DNA from: an uncultured Chloroherpeton sp.
Lineage (GTDB): Bacteria; Bacteroidota; Ignavibacteria; Kapaibacteriales; UBA2268
Length of the DNA: 64,000 nucleotides
Direction: 5' to 3'
NCBI GenBank assembly: GCA_964500435.1
Contig: CAZCNL010000010.1
Coordinates: 1,326-65,325, forward strand
Shown: in pieces, positions 27,022-37,065 of the stretch
Numbering within the stretch: the first letter of the stretch is position 1
How the letters are laid out: each line of letters begins with the position of its first letter
The notes under the pieces: generated by a model
The model's database searches: none
Seen by the model: the letters and a program-made list of their open reading frames with translations, nothing else
What the model was told of the DNA's origin: nothing
Translations under genes and position numbers: made by a program

Positions 27022-27088
27022 TTTGGGAACGAAAAAGGGAAATAAAAGAGCAAAATAATTTGGGAACAGAGCAAAATAATTTGGTAAC
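27004..27088 (+). repeat. Three direct repeats of AGAGCAAAATAAT(T)TGG(G/T)AAC at the right end of the phage element
   Basis: Copies at 27010-30, 27048-67 and 27068-88; the first contains the TMP stop codon. Confidence 0.9.
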
Positions 27089-27332
27089 GGATAGTATTAA
27101 TAGATTTATTCGTCCAAAGTACACTTGGCAAACGAAAAAATATACACGTCCAAGTGATGCACCAGAATTAAATGAATTTTACTTTGATAATGATGCGGCA
27201 GTTTATTTGGATAAAATTCAAATGAGAGTAATATACAAAGAAAAATTTGGTTTTGCAGAAATTTTAATTCGTCACAGGAGCGTTTGGGGCGAAATATATT
27301 ACAAATGGAAATTTAAGCAAATCGGAGCATAA
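27060..27332 (+). pseudogene. Probable 3' fragment of an interrupted gene
   Basis: Its TTG start lies inside the repeats, there is no RBS, composition is host-like, and it ends at a terminator. Confidence 0.4.
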
Positions 27333-27341
27333 GTAAAAAAA

Positions 27342-27373
27342 CACCCCAAAAGTAATATAAAACTTTTGGGGTG
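27342..27373. terminator. Terminator between convergent genes
   Basis: CACCCCAAAAG-loop-CTTTTGGGGTG 11-bp stem, with a 5' A-run. Confidence 0.75.
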
Positions 27374-27398
27374 ATTTGTATCAAGTCAAAGTTCAGTT

Positions 27399-30300
27399 TT
27401 ACCGAACAATCGACATTGTCTTCGTTGAAATTTCATTGTTGATTTGCAAAGTAACAATATAACTGCCGGGTACTAACTTACTTATATCAATATTTTGTAT
27501 GTAGCTGCCTCGGTCAAATGCTTTATTGCTGAAAACAGTTATAACTTCCTTTCCTTGCATATCGACAACACTTAACTTCACGCTTTCAGTGAAATTCATT
27601 AAAGTGAAAGTAATTGTCGCAGTTGTTTTTGCGGGATTTGGGGTGATGAAGTCCAAATATCCACTTGAATTATTGCCACTTTCGCTTTGTTGAATACTGG
27701 AAATTGGATTGGATAATGTTAAACCGCCGTTGGATATTTTTTGCATATTATTATCGTATGTAACAAATTCAATTTGGGCATTGGTTTCATCAACACCAGC
27801 AAGGGTAATGTAAATTGGTTTGACGAGTACACCGGGCTCTACGCTAACAATTCCTTGTGACGGAACAGTAACTATGTAAGAGCCGTCTTCGAGAAGTTGC
27901 GGGATAAGATAAGTTGCACCATTTAAAGAACTTGGTGGTCCAACTGCGATAATTTTTTGATTGCCTGTTGGTTTGATACTTATTGCAGATATGTTTTCCT
28001 CGTAACCATTTGTATTATTAACATATAATGCATAAGTAAAGACTTTATCGGGATGAGTAGTTTCGTCTATTCCAACTTTATCTAAATCAGTGATAGGAAC
28101 ACGAGCATTATATTTTATAGGTTCTGTTGTGAAAATGTCTTCAAAACCTTCAACTTGATAATAATACCTTACGTATAATGTAAATTGTTTAATTTGACTA
28201 ATATTATTAAAGTTCAACGCAATAGCTGCAATATCACCAGGTTTAACAAGAACATCGATATAACCAATATTTCCTTGAATTGCTCCATCTTGATTATTAT
28301 ATTTCAATGAGTTAAGAGGAACTTCTTGAGAATTAATCTCTACTCCGACAATTTTTATATTATTTTCCTGGTCATTTGGATTTACGACCCATAAATTGCC
28401 ATTTGTAAAGTCATCCATAATTAAACTTGTTTGAGAAGGAACTTCGGATTGAACGACATTCGAGCTTGTTGCTTTTTCATTTTGTAATCCTCTTGGATTG
28501 AAATTAAGTGAAGTTGAAGCATCCCAAGGCAAAGGTTTCCATTTTCGAATTATTGTATAAGAAATTAAAGTGTCGCAAGTGTTGCAATCGCAATCAGTGA
28601 AACTGTATCGAACAGAGAATTTCAAAGTATCATAGAATTTCAATGCCGCAACAGATGGGAAGAGCATACTCAATGAATATTGTGCTCCTTTGTTCCAATC
28701 GATACATTCACCAGGACCCCAAATTGCTTCACGGCTAAATAAACTTAAAAGCTGCGGACCAGGTGCGGGCGAAATAATTAAGGAACCACCAATAATATCA
28801 CCAAATATTCTTTGCCAAGGAGTATTATATCTTCTAAGTTGTGCTGAAACAATTGTTGCAGAGAATTTCTTAATTTTCGAAGGACCGGCAAAGATTGTGC
28901 CACTAAGTCCGACTAAACCATTTGCAGTCCAAGTAATTTTCGGGTCCTTAATCGTATGTATAAATTTCAAGCAACAATCATCTGGGTTTGTTGTTGGGCA
29001 ATCAGGTAAATCTAATTTTACGCTATCTCGACAAACAACTCCATTGCATAAAATTGTATAATTTAGCATAATTGGATTGTTCGATGATGTATGCTCGAAA
29101 GTAGTGTTTATTGTCCAAGGTGAAGATGCCAAACTAAATGAACCAGTTGAGAAGTTGCCATCAGGCGAGCTTATCAGCAATGTCGCAGGTGTGCAGCTTG
29201 ATGCTTGTATTTGAATTGCAAATTCAGGGTTTCCTGCGGCATTAATACCAATGCATTTAACTGACTTGCTTATTAATTTTTCGATGCAAGGATTTTGTCC
29301 GCTGCAAGGTGGCAAATCTCGCATTATACTATCTGTGCATTGCACTCCATTATTGCAAGCAATTGTATAGTAAATTTTTATTGGATTATTGCTACTTGTG
29401 TGGATGAAATTAGGGTTAATTGTCCAAGGATTCGACGTAATATTGAAACTTGATGGTGAAAAGCTTCCATCAGGCGAATTCAAAGTAATTGTTCCAGGCA
29501 CACAACTTGTTGCTGTTATGCTCATAGAATAAACCCAAGCACCATTTGCACCTTGTTCTTTGCATTTTACATTGAATTGAATTAAGCTATCGATGCAATG
29601 TCCTTGAGAATTTGTCGAATCGATTTGCAAGCAAACAGGCGATGATTCAGTTTGACCTGCAAGTTGGAATGATGTTAAATTACTTTGAATTAAATGTTTC
29701 GTAAATCCACTTGCAGCAAATGAATTACAAGCAGTTTCGTTTGCTTTAGCATTAGGAGACACTTGTGCCGAAAATTCAACATTTGCGGAAGTTGAAATAG
29801 AATTACTTCCGAAATGTGCTGCAAGATTTTTATCCCCAGCAGTCCAATTCGCTAACCAAGAACCACCAGATCCGCAGCCAATATTGAAAGCAAAGCCAGG
29901 TGAGCCAACAGGCTGTAAATTATTTACATTTGCAAGTCCAGTATTGAATGGATTATTCCACTGCGAAAATGTTGGGGACGATGCAATAAAACTGTTGTAG
30001 GTTACATCAAATTGACTTCCACGACTTGAGCATGTTTGTAAAATCTTCGAATCGGCTGTTCCAGCGTCTTTTGGTAATAAATCTGCAAAAGTAACGTAGC
30101 GGAGTGCTGCAGTTCCTGTCGAATTTAATTGTAATTTATAATCAACAATACTACCAGCAGAAACAGTAGCTGACGAAGAATAATTTGGAGCAGTATGCTT
30201 TTTAACAGCTTTGTTTAAATTATAACCAATTACACCGGCGACCAATACATATTCTGTGTTAGAAGTATACGTCGAATTACCTAAATTTCCACCACTTAAA

Positions 30301-32033
30301 GTGAAGGAATTAGGAATGTTGCCAAGTGCCGAAGTATCACGTACTTTCACATCAAATTCGATGAAATAATATGGTACTCCACCGGTTCCATACATCCCGC
30401 ATGCTGAATAAAATATATTTTGACAAACGGGTGCTATGCTTGGTAAATTTATAGTAATTTGATTCGATGTTGGATTATAATTTAAATTAACACCGCTCCA
30501 ATTGCTTGTTGTTGTGCAAGGTGAGTTCCAAGAATTTGTTGTATAATATGACGGATTGCCAATATACTGTAAATTCGGGTCTAATTGGTCAGTAATTGTG
30601 GTACCTGTAAGTGGCAATCCCCCTATATTTTGAATTCTCAATCTATAACGGAAAATTGCACCAGGTGTGTAGCTTGTTTGCTTATTGCAAACTTCTTTCC
30701 ATAAGCAAGGAGTAGGTGCCGGGGCATCTACAACAAATGAAGTGCAATATTGAAGAGGATTTATTCCCGGTGCTGTCATATATGCACAGTTCGTAATTGT
30801 GGAACCGATTGTTGCATTTGTTGGAATTGTGAAATTAATATAAATATAACCACAAGTTCCAGGAGCTAATGTATCAGTAGCAGTAACGATATTGCCACTT
30901 AATGTCGCTGATAAATTATACATAAAGCCAAGGCTATAACCTGAAAGTTGTGAAGGTAAGGTATCTTTAATTGTAACAATTAATGAAGTAGTTCCGGTAT
31001 TGCAAGCATAAATTAGATATTGACCAGCGCAACCAGGTTGCCTGTTTGTATAAACCCATTTGCTTAATGAGCCGGTTGTAAAGGAAACTAATGAGACGCA
31101 AGTTTGATTACTTGTGGTCGAAAAATTGCTGCAAGGTTGATTTATAGGACCAAGTCCTCCGGTCAATGTTGCGGAATTGGTAATATTCGTACCGGTTGGG
31201 AATTGAGCAAGTGGATAATACACTTTAATTTGGCAACAAACAGTGTTGTAGCCTTGTGTTGCTGATAAGTTACCTACATTCCAAGTAATTACATTTCCAC
31301 TTTGAGTAGCACCGCAAGTTGAGCTCACAAGAGTCGCCCCTGAAGGTAAAGTGTCATAAACTATCCCGCCAACTAAATTGAGTTGACCGGTAGTTCCAAA
31401 GTCTTTGTAAACACAAAGTTGATAAGTAATTGTGTCCGAGCCAGATGCATAATTACAATTTCCACCTTGCCATGCGGCTCCGAGAGGATATTTGTTTATA
31501 TGCCATGGGTTTACTGCTAATGCCTTTGTTAAAACAAATCCTGTGCAAAATTCATAGGTTTTGCCAAGAAGCAGCCCAGTCAGGCAAACATTATTGCGAA
31601 CAGATTCATTAGGACAAGTTACACCATTAGGGAAGGCTACTTGAATTGTAATAGAGCCGGCACAGGCATTTGGAACGCTTGCCCAAGATAATGAATATGT
31701 TCCACCCATTTGATTTGCGGCGGGTGACGCCACAGTCGGTGTTCCACAAGCATTACTATATGAAGCAGACAAGAACATCAAGCCCGGTGGAAGGTTATCA
31801 GTAATAGTAACATTGCTTGCACCTGCGGGAATCGAGTAATATATGGTATAGCTAAATGGTTGTCCTGTTGCAATTGCTGTATCGCTAACAACTTTTTTAA
31901 TCCAAAAGCCACCTTGTGTAGCTTCTTGAGACCAAGAAGTTTGACTGAAAGCCAAATAACTTGTTCCCAAAAAAATAATCAACAAAATGATTGTGGATTT
32001 TAGTTGTTTTAGGAAGGCTAACTTTTTATACAT
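27399..32033 (-). CDS. Large Cys-rich T9SS surface protein with ~5 DUF11/isopeptide-type repeats and two further internal repeats
   Basis: Signal peptide; repeated K..(S/N)...G..(F/I).Y...V.D.LP..L.F...N; CTD ITPNPA...VVDMQGKEV...LVPGSY. Confidence 0.8.
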   Translation of the reverse strand: MYKKLAFLKQLKSTIILLIIFLGTSYLAFSQTSWSQEATQGGFWIKKVVSDTAIATGQPFSYTIYYSIPAGASNVTITDNLPPGLMFLSASYSNACGTPTVASPAANQMGGTYSLSWASVPNACAGSITIQVAFPNGVTCPNESVRNNVCLTGLLLGKTYEFCTGFVLTKALAVNPWHINKYPLGAAWQGGNCNYASGSDTITYQLCVYKDFGTTGQLNLVGGIVYDTLPSGATLVSSTCGATQSGNVITWNVGNLSATQGYNTVCCQIKVYYPLAQFPTGTNITNSATLTGGLGPINQPCSNFSTTSNQTCVSLVSFTTGSLSKWVYTNRQPGCAGQYLIYACNTGTTSLIVTIKDTLPSQLSGYSLGFMYNLSATLSGNIVTATDTLAPGTCGYIYINFTIPTNATIGSTITNCAYMTAPGINPLQYCTSFVVDAPAPTPCLWKEVCNKQTSYTPGAIFRYRLRIQNIGGLPLTGTTITDQLDPNLQYIGNPSYYTTNSWNSPCTTTSNWSGVNLNYNPTSNQITINLPSIAPVCQNIFYSACGMYGTGGVPYYFIEFDVKVRDTSALGNIPNSFTLSGGNLGNSTYTSNTEYVLVAGVIGYNLNKAVKKHTAPNYSSSATVSAGSIVDYKLQLNSTGTAALRYVTFADLLPKDAGTADSKILQTCSSRGSQFDVTYNSFIASSPTFSQWNNPFNTGLANVNNLQPVGSPGFAFNIGCGSGGSWLANWTAGDKNLAAHFGSNSISTSANVEFSAQVSPNAKANETACNSFAASGFTKHLIQSNLTSFQLAGQTESSPVCLQIDSTNSQGHCIDSLIQFNVKCKEQGANGAWVYSMSITATSCVPGTITLNSPDGSFSPSSFNITSNPWTINPNFIHTSSNNPIKIYYTIACNNGVQCTDSIMRDLPPCSGQNPCIEKLISKSVKCIGINAAGNPEFAIQIQASSCTPATLLISSPDGNFSTGSFSLASSPWTINTTFEHTSSNNPIMLNYTILCNGVVCRDSVKLDLPDCPTTNPDDCCLKFIHTIKDPKITWTANGLVGLSGTIFAGPSKIKKFSATIVSAQLRRYNTPWQRIFGDIIGGSLIISPAPGPQLLSLFSREAIWGPGECIDWNKGAQYSLSMLFPSVAALKFYDTLKFSVRYSFTDCDCNTCDTLISYTIIRKWKPLPWDASTSLNFNPRGLQNEKATSSNVVQSEVPSQTSLIMDDFTNGNLWVVNPNDQENNIKIVGVEINSQEVPLNSLKYNNQDGAIQGNIGYIDVLVKPGDIAAIALNFNNISQIKQFTLYVRYYYQVEGFEDIFTTEPIKYNARVPITDLDKVGIDETTHPDKVFTYALYVNNTNGYEENISAISIKPTGNQKIIAVGPPSSLNGATYLIPQLLEDGSYIVTVPSQGIVSVEPGVLVKPIYITLAGVDETNAQIEFVTYDNNMQKISNGGLTLSNPISSIQQSESGNNSSGYLDFITPNPAKTTATITFTLMNFTESVKLSVVDMQGKEVITVFSNKAFDRGSYIQNIDISKLVPGSYIVTLQINNEISTKTMSIVR

Positions 32034-32238
32034 AAATCCTCCAAAATAAATTAATCATTAGAAATAATCGTTTTAATTATTAATATATTTCAAATATACA
32101 AAATTTTTTTAATTTACAACAAAAATATTTAGTAATGACTAAAATTATCTTTTTAAATGGCTAATTTATTATTAAACCTATAAAAGATTTGTTTTTGTAA
32201 TTTGCATTTTTGAAAAAGTTAAAAATTATAAGTATAAA

Positions 32239-32898
32239 ATGGCAGAATTAATATTTAAAGATGGACGTAATTTACCAGTTGGTACAATGTACGGAATAGG
32301 GCAAAATTACTCAAAACACGCAAAAGAGATGGGTTCTACTTTGCCTCGTGGTGAAAAAATAATATTTATCAAACCATCATCAAGTTATGTCCCTGATGGT
32401 GGCAAAATTGTTTTACCAAATTTTTCAACCGAAGTACATCACGAAGTGGAATTAGTTGTAGTAATTGGAAAGGAATGCGTTGACGTAACCAAGGAAGAAG
32501 CTTGGGATTATATCGCAGGTTTTGGAATTGGAATTGATGCAACTTTGCGAGATTTGCAAAAGCAAGCAAAAGAAAAAGGTTTGCCTTGGGCAATTAGCAA
32601 AGGCTTTCGTACATCGGCGCCAATTTCAACTATTGTACCTATTTCTCAATTTGAACGCAACAAAAAAGATTTTGAATTCGAATTAAAAATAAACGGTGAA
32701 GTCAGACAAATTGGAAATACAGTAGATATGATATATTCTGTGGAAGAGCTAATTGAATTCCTTTCACAAATTTTTATATTGCAACCTGGAGATATAATTT
32801 TTACGGGAACTCCTGAAGGAGTTGGAAAATTAAACAATGGCGACAGATTAGAAGCCGAACTTTTTGGTTATACTAAACTTTCCGTTGAAGTAGCGTAA
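32239..32898 (+). CDS. Fumarylacetoacetate hydrolase family protein
   Basis: GIGQNY..HAKEM, HHEVELVVVIGK, LQPGDIIFTGTPEGVG. Confidence 0.9.
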   Translation: MAELIFKDGRNLPVGTMYGIGQNYSKHAKEMGSTLPRGEKIIFIKPSSSYVPDGGKIVLPNFSTEVHHEVELVVVIGKECVDVTKEEAWDYIAGFGIGIDATLRDLQKQAKEKGLPWAISKGFRTSAPISTIVPISQFERNKKDFEFELKINGEVRQIGNTVDMIYSVEELIEFLSQIFILQPGDIIFTGTPEGVGKLNNGDRLEAELFGYTKLSVEVA

Positions 32899-32917
32899 TA
32901 TTAATCATTGTTTTGTT

Positions 32918-34624
32918 GTGAGAGAAATTAATATTTGGGAAGCAAATTACGTAGTAGTTGACGTTGAAACAACTGGAAATCAACCAACACAAAGCAGAAT
33001 AATAGATATTGCTGCTGTTAATTTACGTGATGGCGAAATTGAGGAAGTTTTTTCTTCATTAGTAAATCCACATCAATTTATCCCGTCTTTTATTTCCCAA
33101 ATGACCGGGATTTCCAATGAAGCTGTATTTTTTGCTCCAGAAGCAAAAGAAGTAATGCCTAAATTTTTAAAAGCTTTTAACTTCGAAAATTCAATTTTTG
33201 TCGCACATAATGCAAATTTCGATTATTCATTTGTAAAAGAAACCTTAATAAGAAATGGAATCGTAGATTTTGATTATCCTGTTTTAGATACATTGAAATT
33301 AGCACGGAGAGTGCTATCTGATACTCAAAAGAAAAGTGTTGGCAGCTTAGCAGCATATTTCGGAATTAAAGTTCGCAATAGACATACAGCTTTAGGAGAT
33401 GCAAAAGCTACAGCGAAAATACTTTATAATTTACTTGAAATGATTGAAGAAGAGCACGAAATCACTTCACTCGAAGAACTTTTGTCCTTTCAAAACAAAA
33501 GATTAAGTTATTTCAATCCTAAACCTGATAGTTTTAATTATTTAGAAGAAAAATTAAAACAAATTCCGGAATCTCCCGGAGTATATCATTTTTTTGATGG
33601 GAAAAAGAAAATTATTTATGTTGGTAAAGCAAAAAATTTAAAAGAAAGGGTAAATAGTTATTTTCGCCCAGGCAACATTACTTCGCCAAAGTTGAAGGAA
33701 CTTGTTACTCATATCCGAGATTTAACATTCACTGAAACTTATAATGAGCTTTCTGCATTAGTATTAGAATCAAAAGAAATAAAGGCATTGCAACCTAAAT
33801 TTAACTTTGCTGGACGAAGAATTAAACGACTTCCTTTTTTGAAAATACCAGCAAATACATTGTTTCCTAAAATTGAAATTGCATTTGATATTAATGATAA
33901 TGGTGAATATTACGGACCATTTTCGAATTTAAATTACGCCTTGGAAATTAAAAAAATACTTGATGATAATTTTAGTTTGGTGAAATGCGACCATTCGTTC
34001 GAAGGAAAAACACTAACCGAACCATGTATTTACCTGCAAATGAATAAATGTTTGGCACCTTGTGTCAAAAGGCTGGACGAAGATTTTCCCGCAAAATATG
34101 AATTAGAATTAAATAATATTAAAAGTTTTTTAAGTGGATTTGCTGAAGAATTAATAAGTGCATTAGAGAAAAAAATGTTCCAACATTCTGAAAAATTGGA
34201 GTTCGAAAAAGCAAATGAATTAAAAAAGACTTTGCTTTCAATAAAAAATATATTTAACAATACTGAAAGATTTTTCAATTCAATAAATGAGCAAAATTTT
34301 GTGCTTATATTGCCACATTCAGAAAGTGAAAAAATGGTCGATTTATACCTATTCCGCTATTCAAAGTTGATTTATCATCAAACAATTGGAAAAAAATCAT
34401 TGCCAAACCCTTTTATACTTGAAAAACTTGAACATATTTATTTCAATGGTTTGCAATTACCCAAACATCTTTCCGTAGACGAAATCGAGGAAATCAAGAT
34501 AACAAATTCATGGCTAAATCAAAATAAAGAAAACGGTAAAATTATTTATTTTGAAAAAGATAAAATAAACTCATCAGAAAAGCTAATTTGGCTCATTCAA
34601 GAAAAAATAAATGAGCTAAATTAA
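32918..34624 (+). CDS. DEDDh (DnaQ-like) exonuclease fused to a UvrC/Cho-like GIY-YIG domain
   Basis: VVVDVETTG, VAHNANFD, HTALGDA; PESPGVY.F..IIYVGKAKNLK.RV.SYF; UVR motif SEKLEFEKA. Confidence 0.9.
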   Translation: MREINIWEANYVVVDVETTGNQPTQSRIIDIAAVNLRDGEIEEVFSSLVNPHQFIPSFISQMTGISNEAVFFAPEAKEVMPKFLKAFNFENSIFVAHNANFDYSFVKETLIRNGIVDFDYPVLDTLKLARRVLSDTQKKSVGSLAAYFGIKVRNRHTALGDAKATAKILYNLLEMIEEEHEITSLEELLSFQNKRLSYFNPKPDSFNYLEEKLKQIPESPGVYHFFDGKKKIIYVGKAKNLKERVNSYFRPGNITSPKLKELVTHIRDLTFTETYNELSALVLESKEIKALQPKFNFAGRRIKRLPFLKIPANTLFPKIEIAFDINDNGEYYGPFSNLNYALEIKKILDDNFSLVKCDHSFEGKTLTEPCIYLQMNKCLAPCVKRLDEDFPAKYELELNNIKSFLSGFAEELISALEKKMFQHSEKLEFEKANELKKTLLSIKNIFNNTERFFNSINEQNFVLILPHSESEKMVDLYLFRYSKLIYHQTIGKKSLPNPFILEKLEHIYFNGLQLPKHLSVDEIEEIKITNSWLNQNKENGKIIYFEKDKINSSEKLIWLIQEKINELN

Positions 34625-34707
34625 AATTAGAAAATAAATTGCAAATTAATGTGTCAATAATCAAATAAATTTTCAAAGATTAATAAATAAAAATTTTAGA
34701 GTAACAA

Positions 34708-36381
34708 ATGAAGAAAAGGCAAATATTTTATGTTGGATTAGTGTTCTTTGGATTAATCATTGGACTTTTAATCCAGCCTTTATTTTCTGGGGATAGTTTA
34801 TACGAACAAATAAAAAAATACCAAGATGTAATAAGCAATGCTGTTCGTAATTATGTCGACCCGGTTGATACACAAAAATTAACTGAAGCTGCAATAAAAG
34901 GGATGTTGGAAGAACTCGACCCACACTCAATTTATATATCAGCTGATGATATGAAACAAGTCGAAGAAGACTTTCTAGGCAGCTTTGATGGAATTGGTGT
35001 CCAATTCGACGTAATTCAAGATACAATTGTTGTAATTGCTCCAATTTCAGACGGACCAAGCGAAAAAGTCGGAATTCAAGCTGGCGATAAAATTGTTAAA
35101 ATAGATACATTAAATGCTGTTGGACTGAACCGTGAACTCGTTCCAAAATACTTAAAAGGACCAAAAGGCACGAAAGTAAATTTGACAATTAAACGAAGCG
35201 GGATAAAAGACTTACTTAATTTCACTGTCGTTAGAGATAAGATACCTTTATATTCTGTCGATGCATCATTTGTGATTGATAGTAGCGATATTGGAGTAAT
35301 TGTTGTAAGTCGTTTTGCCGCAACTACTCATGACGAGATGGTACAAGCAATTCAAAACTTGAAAAGCCAAGGAATGAAAAAATTGATACTTGATTTACGT
35401 GGAAATCCAGGTGGATATTTAAATCAAGCATTTTTGATGGCTGATGAATTCTTAAAAGGTGGCGATACAATCGTTTACACCAAAGGCAGAAGACCTGAGT
35501 TCGACGAAACATATATGTCTTCAGCTGGTGGATTGCTCGAAGATATTCCTTTAACCGTTTTAATCAATGCGGGAAGCGCTTCGGCAAGCGAAATAGTTTC
35601 AGGTGCCATTCAAGATTTAGACCGAGGCTTAATAGTCGGCGAAACATCTTTTGGCAAAGGTTTAGTGCAAAGACAGTATCCACTTTCGGATGGTTCTGCT
35701 TATAGATTAACAATTGCAAGATATTATACTCCATCAGGACGCAGCATTCAACGACCTTATAAAGATAAAGAAGGTTACCGTAATTTAATTGGCAGAATAG
35801 AACTAAAGGAAGGTTCGAATATAGGAACTGCTCTCGAAGTTGTACGAAAAGAAATTCAAGAAGAAAATGAAAAGAAAATCAAAGAAAATAAAAGTAAAGA
35901 AATCATAAATATTGATTCATTACCAATTTATTATACAAAAGCAGGTAGAATAGTTCTTGGTGGCGGTGGTATAATCCCAGATTACATTGTAAAACAAGAT
36001 ACAATAACACATTTCAGTATTGATTTAAGAATTAAGAGAATTTTCTTTGAATATGTTGACCAATTTCTCCATAACGGAAAGGATATCAAAGAGCAATATG
36101 GTTCAAATTTTAGAGACTTTTTACGCAATTGGAATGTAACTGATAAAATGATGGAAGATTTCAAAAAATTAGCAATTTCCAAAGATGTAAAATGGGATGA
36201 AGAAAGCTACAAAAAAGATGAAGATTTTATCAAAACGGAAATAAAAGGAACGGTTGCAAGAAGCGTTTGGGATAGAAATGCTTATGTTCAAGTCTTTTCA
36301 ACAATTGATAAACAATTGCTCACCGCAAAGAAATTATTCCCAGAAGCATTGAAAATTACTCAATTGAAACGAAAGAACTAA
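34708..36381 (+). CDS. S41A C-terminal processing peptidase (CtpA/Prc family)
   Basis: PDZ domain, LILDLRGNPGG, SASASEIVSGA, SFGKGLVQ. Confidence 0.92.
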   Translation: MKKRQIFYVGLVFFGLIIGLLIQPLFSGDSLYEQIKKYQDVISNAVRNYVDPVDTQKLTEAAIKGMLEELDPHSIYISADDMKQVEEDFLGSFDGIGVQFDVIQDTIVVIAPISDGPSEKVGIQAGDKIVKIDTLNAVGLNRELVPKYLKGPKGTKVNLTIKRSGIKDLLNFTVVRDKIPLYSVDASFVIDSSDIGVIVVSRFAATTHDEMVQAIQNLKSQGMKKLILDLRGNPGGYLNQAFLMADEFLKGGDTIVYTKGRRPEFDETYMSSAGGLLEDIPLTVLINAGSASASEIVSGAIQDLDRGLIVGETSFGKGLVQRQYPLSDGSAYRLTIARYYTPSGRSIQRPYKDKEGYRNLIGRIELKEGSNIGTALEVVRKEIQEENEKKIKENKSKEIINIDSLPIYYTKAGRIVLGGGGIIPDYIVKQDTITHFSIDLRIKRIFFEYVDQFLHNGKDIKEQYGSNFRDFLRNWNVTDKMMEDFKKLAISKDVKWDEESYKKDEDFIKTEIKGTVARSVWDRNAYVQVFSTIDKQLLTAKKLFPEALKITQLKRKN

Positions 36382-36405
36382 AATTTGAGTAAAGTATAAC
36401 AAAAT

Positions 36406-36435
36406 AAAGCCCTTCCTTTTGAAGGGCTTTATTTA
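36406..36435 (+). terminator. Intrinsic terminator
   Basis: AAAGCCCTTC-ctttt-GAAGGGCTTTTATTT. Confidence 0.75.
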
Positions 36436-36621
36436 ATTAAATTTACCTTTTCAAAAATTGAAATATAAAGATAGATAAATGATGCTTAAAATCGTCATTA
36501 TTATTAAGCTAAAATAAACTATTAAGTAAAATTAATTATAACTTAATATTCTTTTTCGTAATTTCGTAATTATACTAATAATAATATTTTAAAATCGTTA
36601 TAAATAAAAAAAGGTGCTATT

Positions 36622-36819
36622 ATGCCAAATTTAGGTATGCCCGAAATTCTTATAATTGCTTTTCTTATTTTATTGCTCTTTGGAGCAAAGAAAATACCAG
36701 AATTTATGAAAAACATTGGTTCTGGTATGAAAGAATTCAAAAAAGCTGTAAATCCAGATGAACAAAAAGAAACAGCAGTTACAAAAAAAGAAGATAATGA
36801 AGAAATACCCGTCAAATAA
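36622..36819 (+). CDS. tatA: Twin-arginine translocase TatA/E
   Basis: LGMPEILII...[21 protein letters not shown]. Confidence 0.9.
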   Translation: MPNLGMPEILIIAFLILLLFGAKKIPEFMKNIGSGMKEFKKAVNPDEQKETAVTKKEDNEEIPVK

Positions 36820-36834
36820 ATAAAAGGTGAACTA

Positions 36835-37035
36835 ATGTTCGATATTGGCGGTGGTGAGTTAATGGTTATTTTACTTGGAATTTTAATTTTGTTTGGTCCT
36901 GAAAAATTACCAGATATCTTAAAAACAGTTCGCTCTGGTTCGGAAAAAATTAACCAAGCAAAAAGTGAAATACAAAAAGAAATAACCAATTTTACAAATG
37001 ATATTAAAAAAAATATCGATATAGATATCAAATAA
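36835..37035 (+). CDS. tatB: Twin-arginine translocase TatB-like subunit
   Basis: MFDIGGGELMVI...LILFGPEKLP. Confidence 0.75.
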   Translation: MFDIGGGELMVILLGILILFGPEKLPDILKTVRSGSEKINQAKSEIQKEITNFTNDIKKNIDIDIK

Positions 37036-37065
37036 TTATTTGATATAATATTCTATACTTATTTC

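Larger units (their letters stand above)
3031..27088. mobile_element. Partial prophage or phage-like element (Mu-like head genes, long non-contractile tail)
   Basis: TerL, DUF935-like portal, MuF, virion morphogenesis protein, capsid, lysozyme, TAC and tape measure; higher GC than the flanks by eye; tightly coupled genes. Confidence 0.9.

Noticed and set aside
27066-27068. Mu-type terminal CA with a 5-bp target duplication
   Set aside because: No matching TG end or duplicated target at the left boundary
27004-27088. Mini CRISPR array
   Set aside because: Only three short copies, with gaps of 0-17 nt rather than spacer-sized; no cas genes
32918-34624. Exonuclease-UvrC fusion as a novel repair enzyme
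   Set aside because: The DEDDh plus GIY-YIG architecture is a known, widespread family
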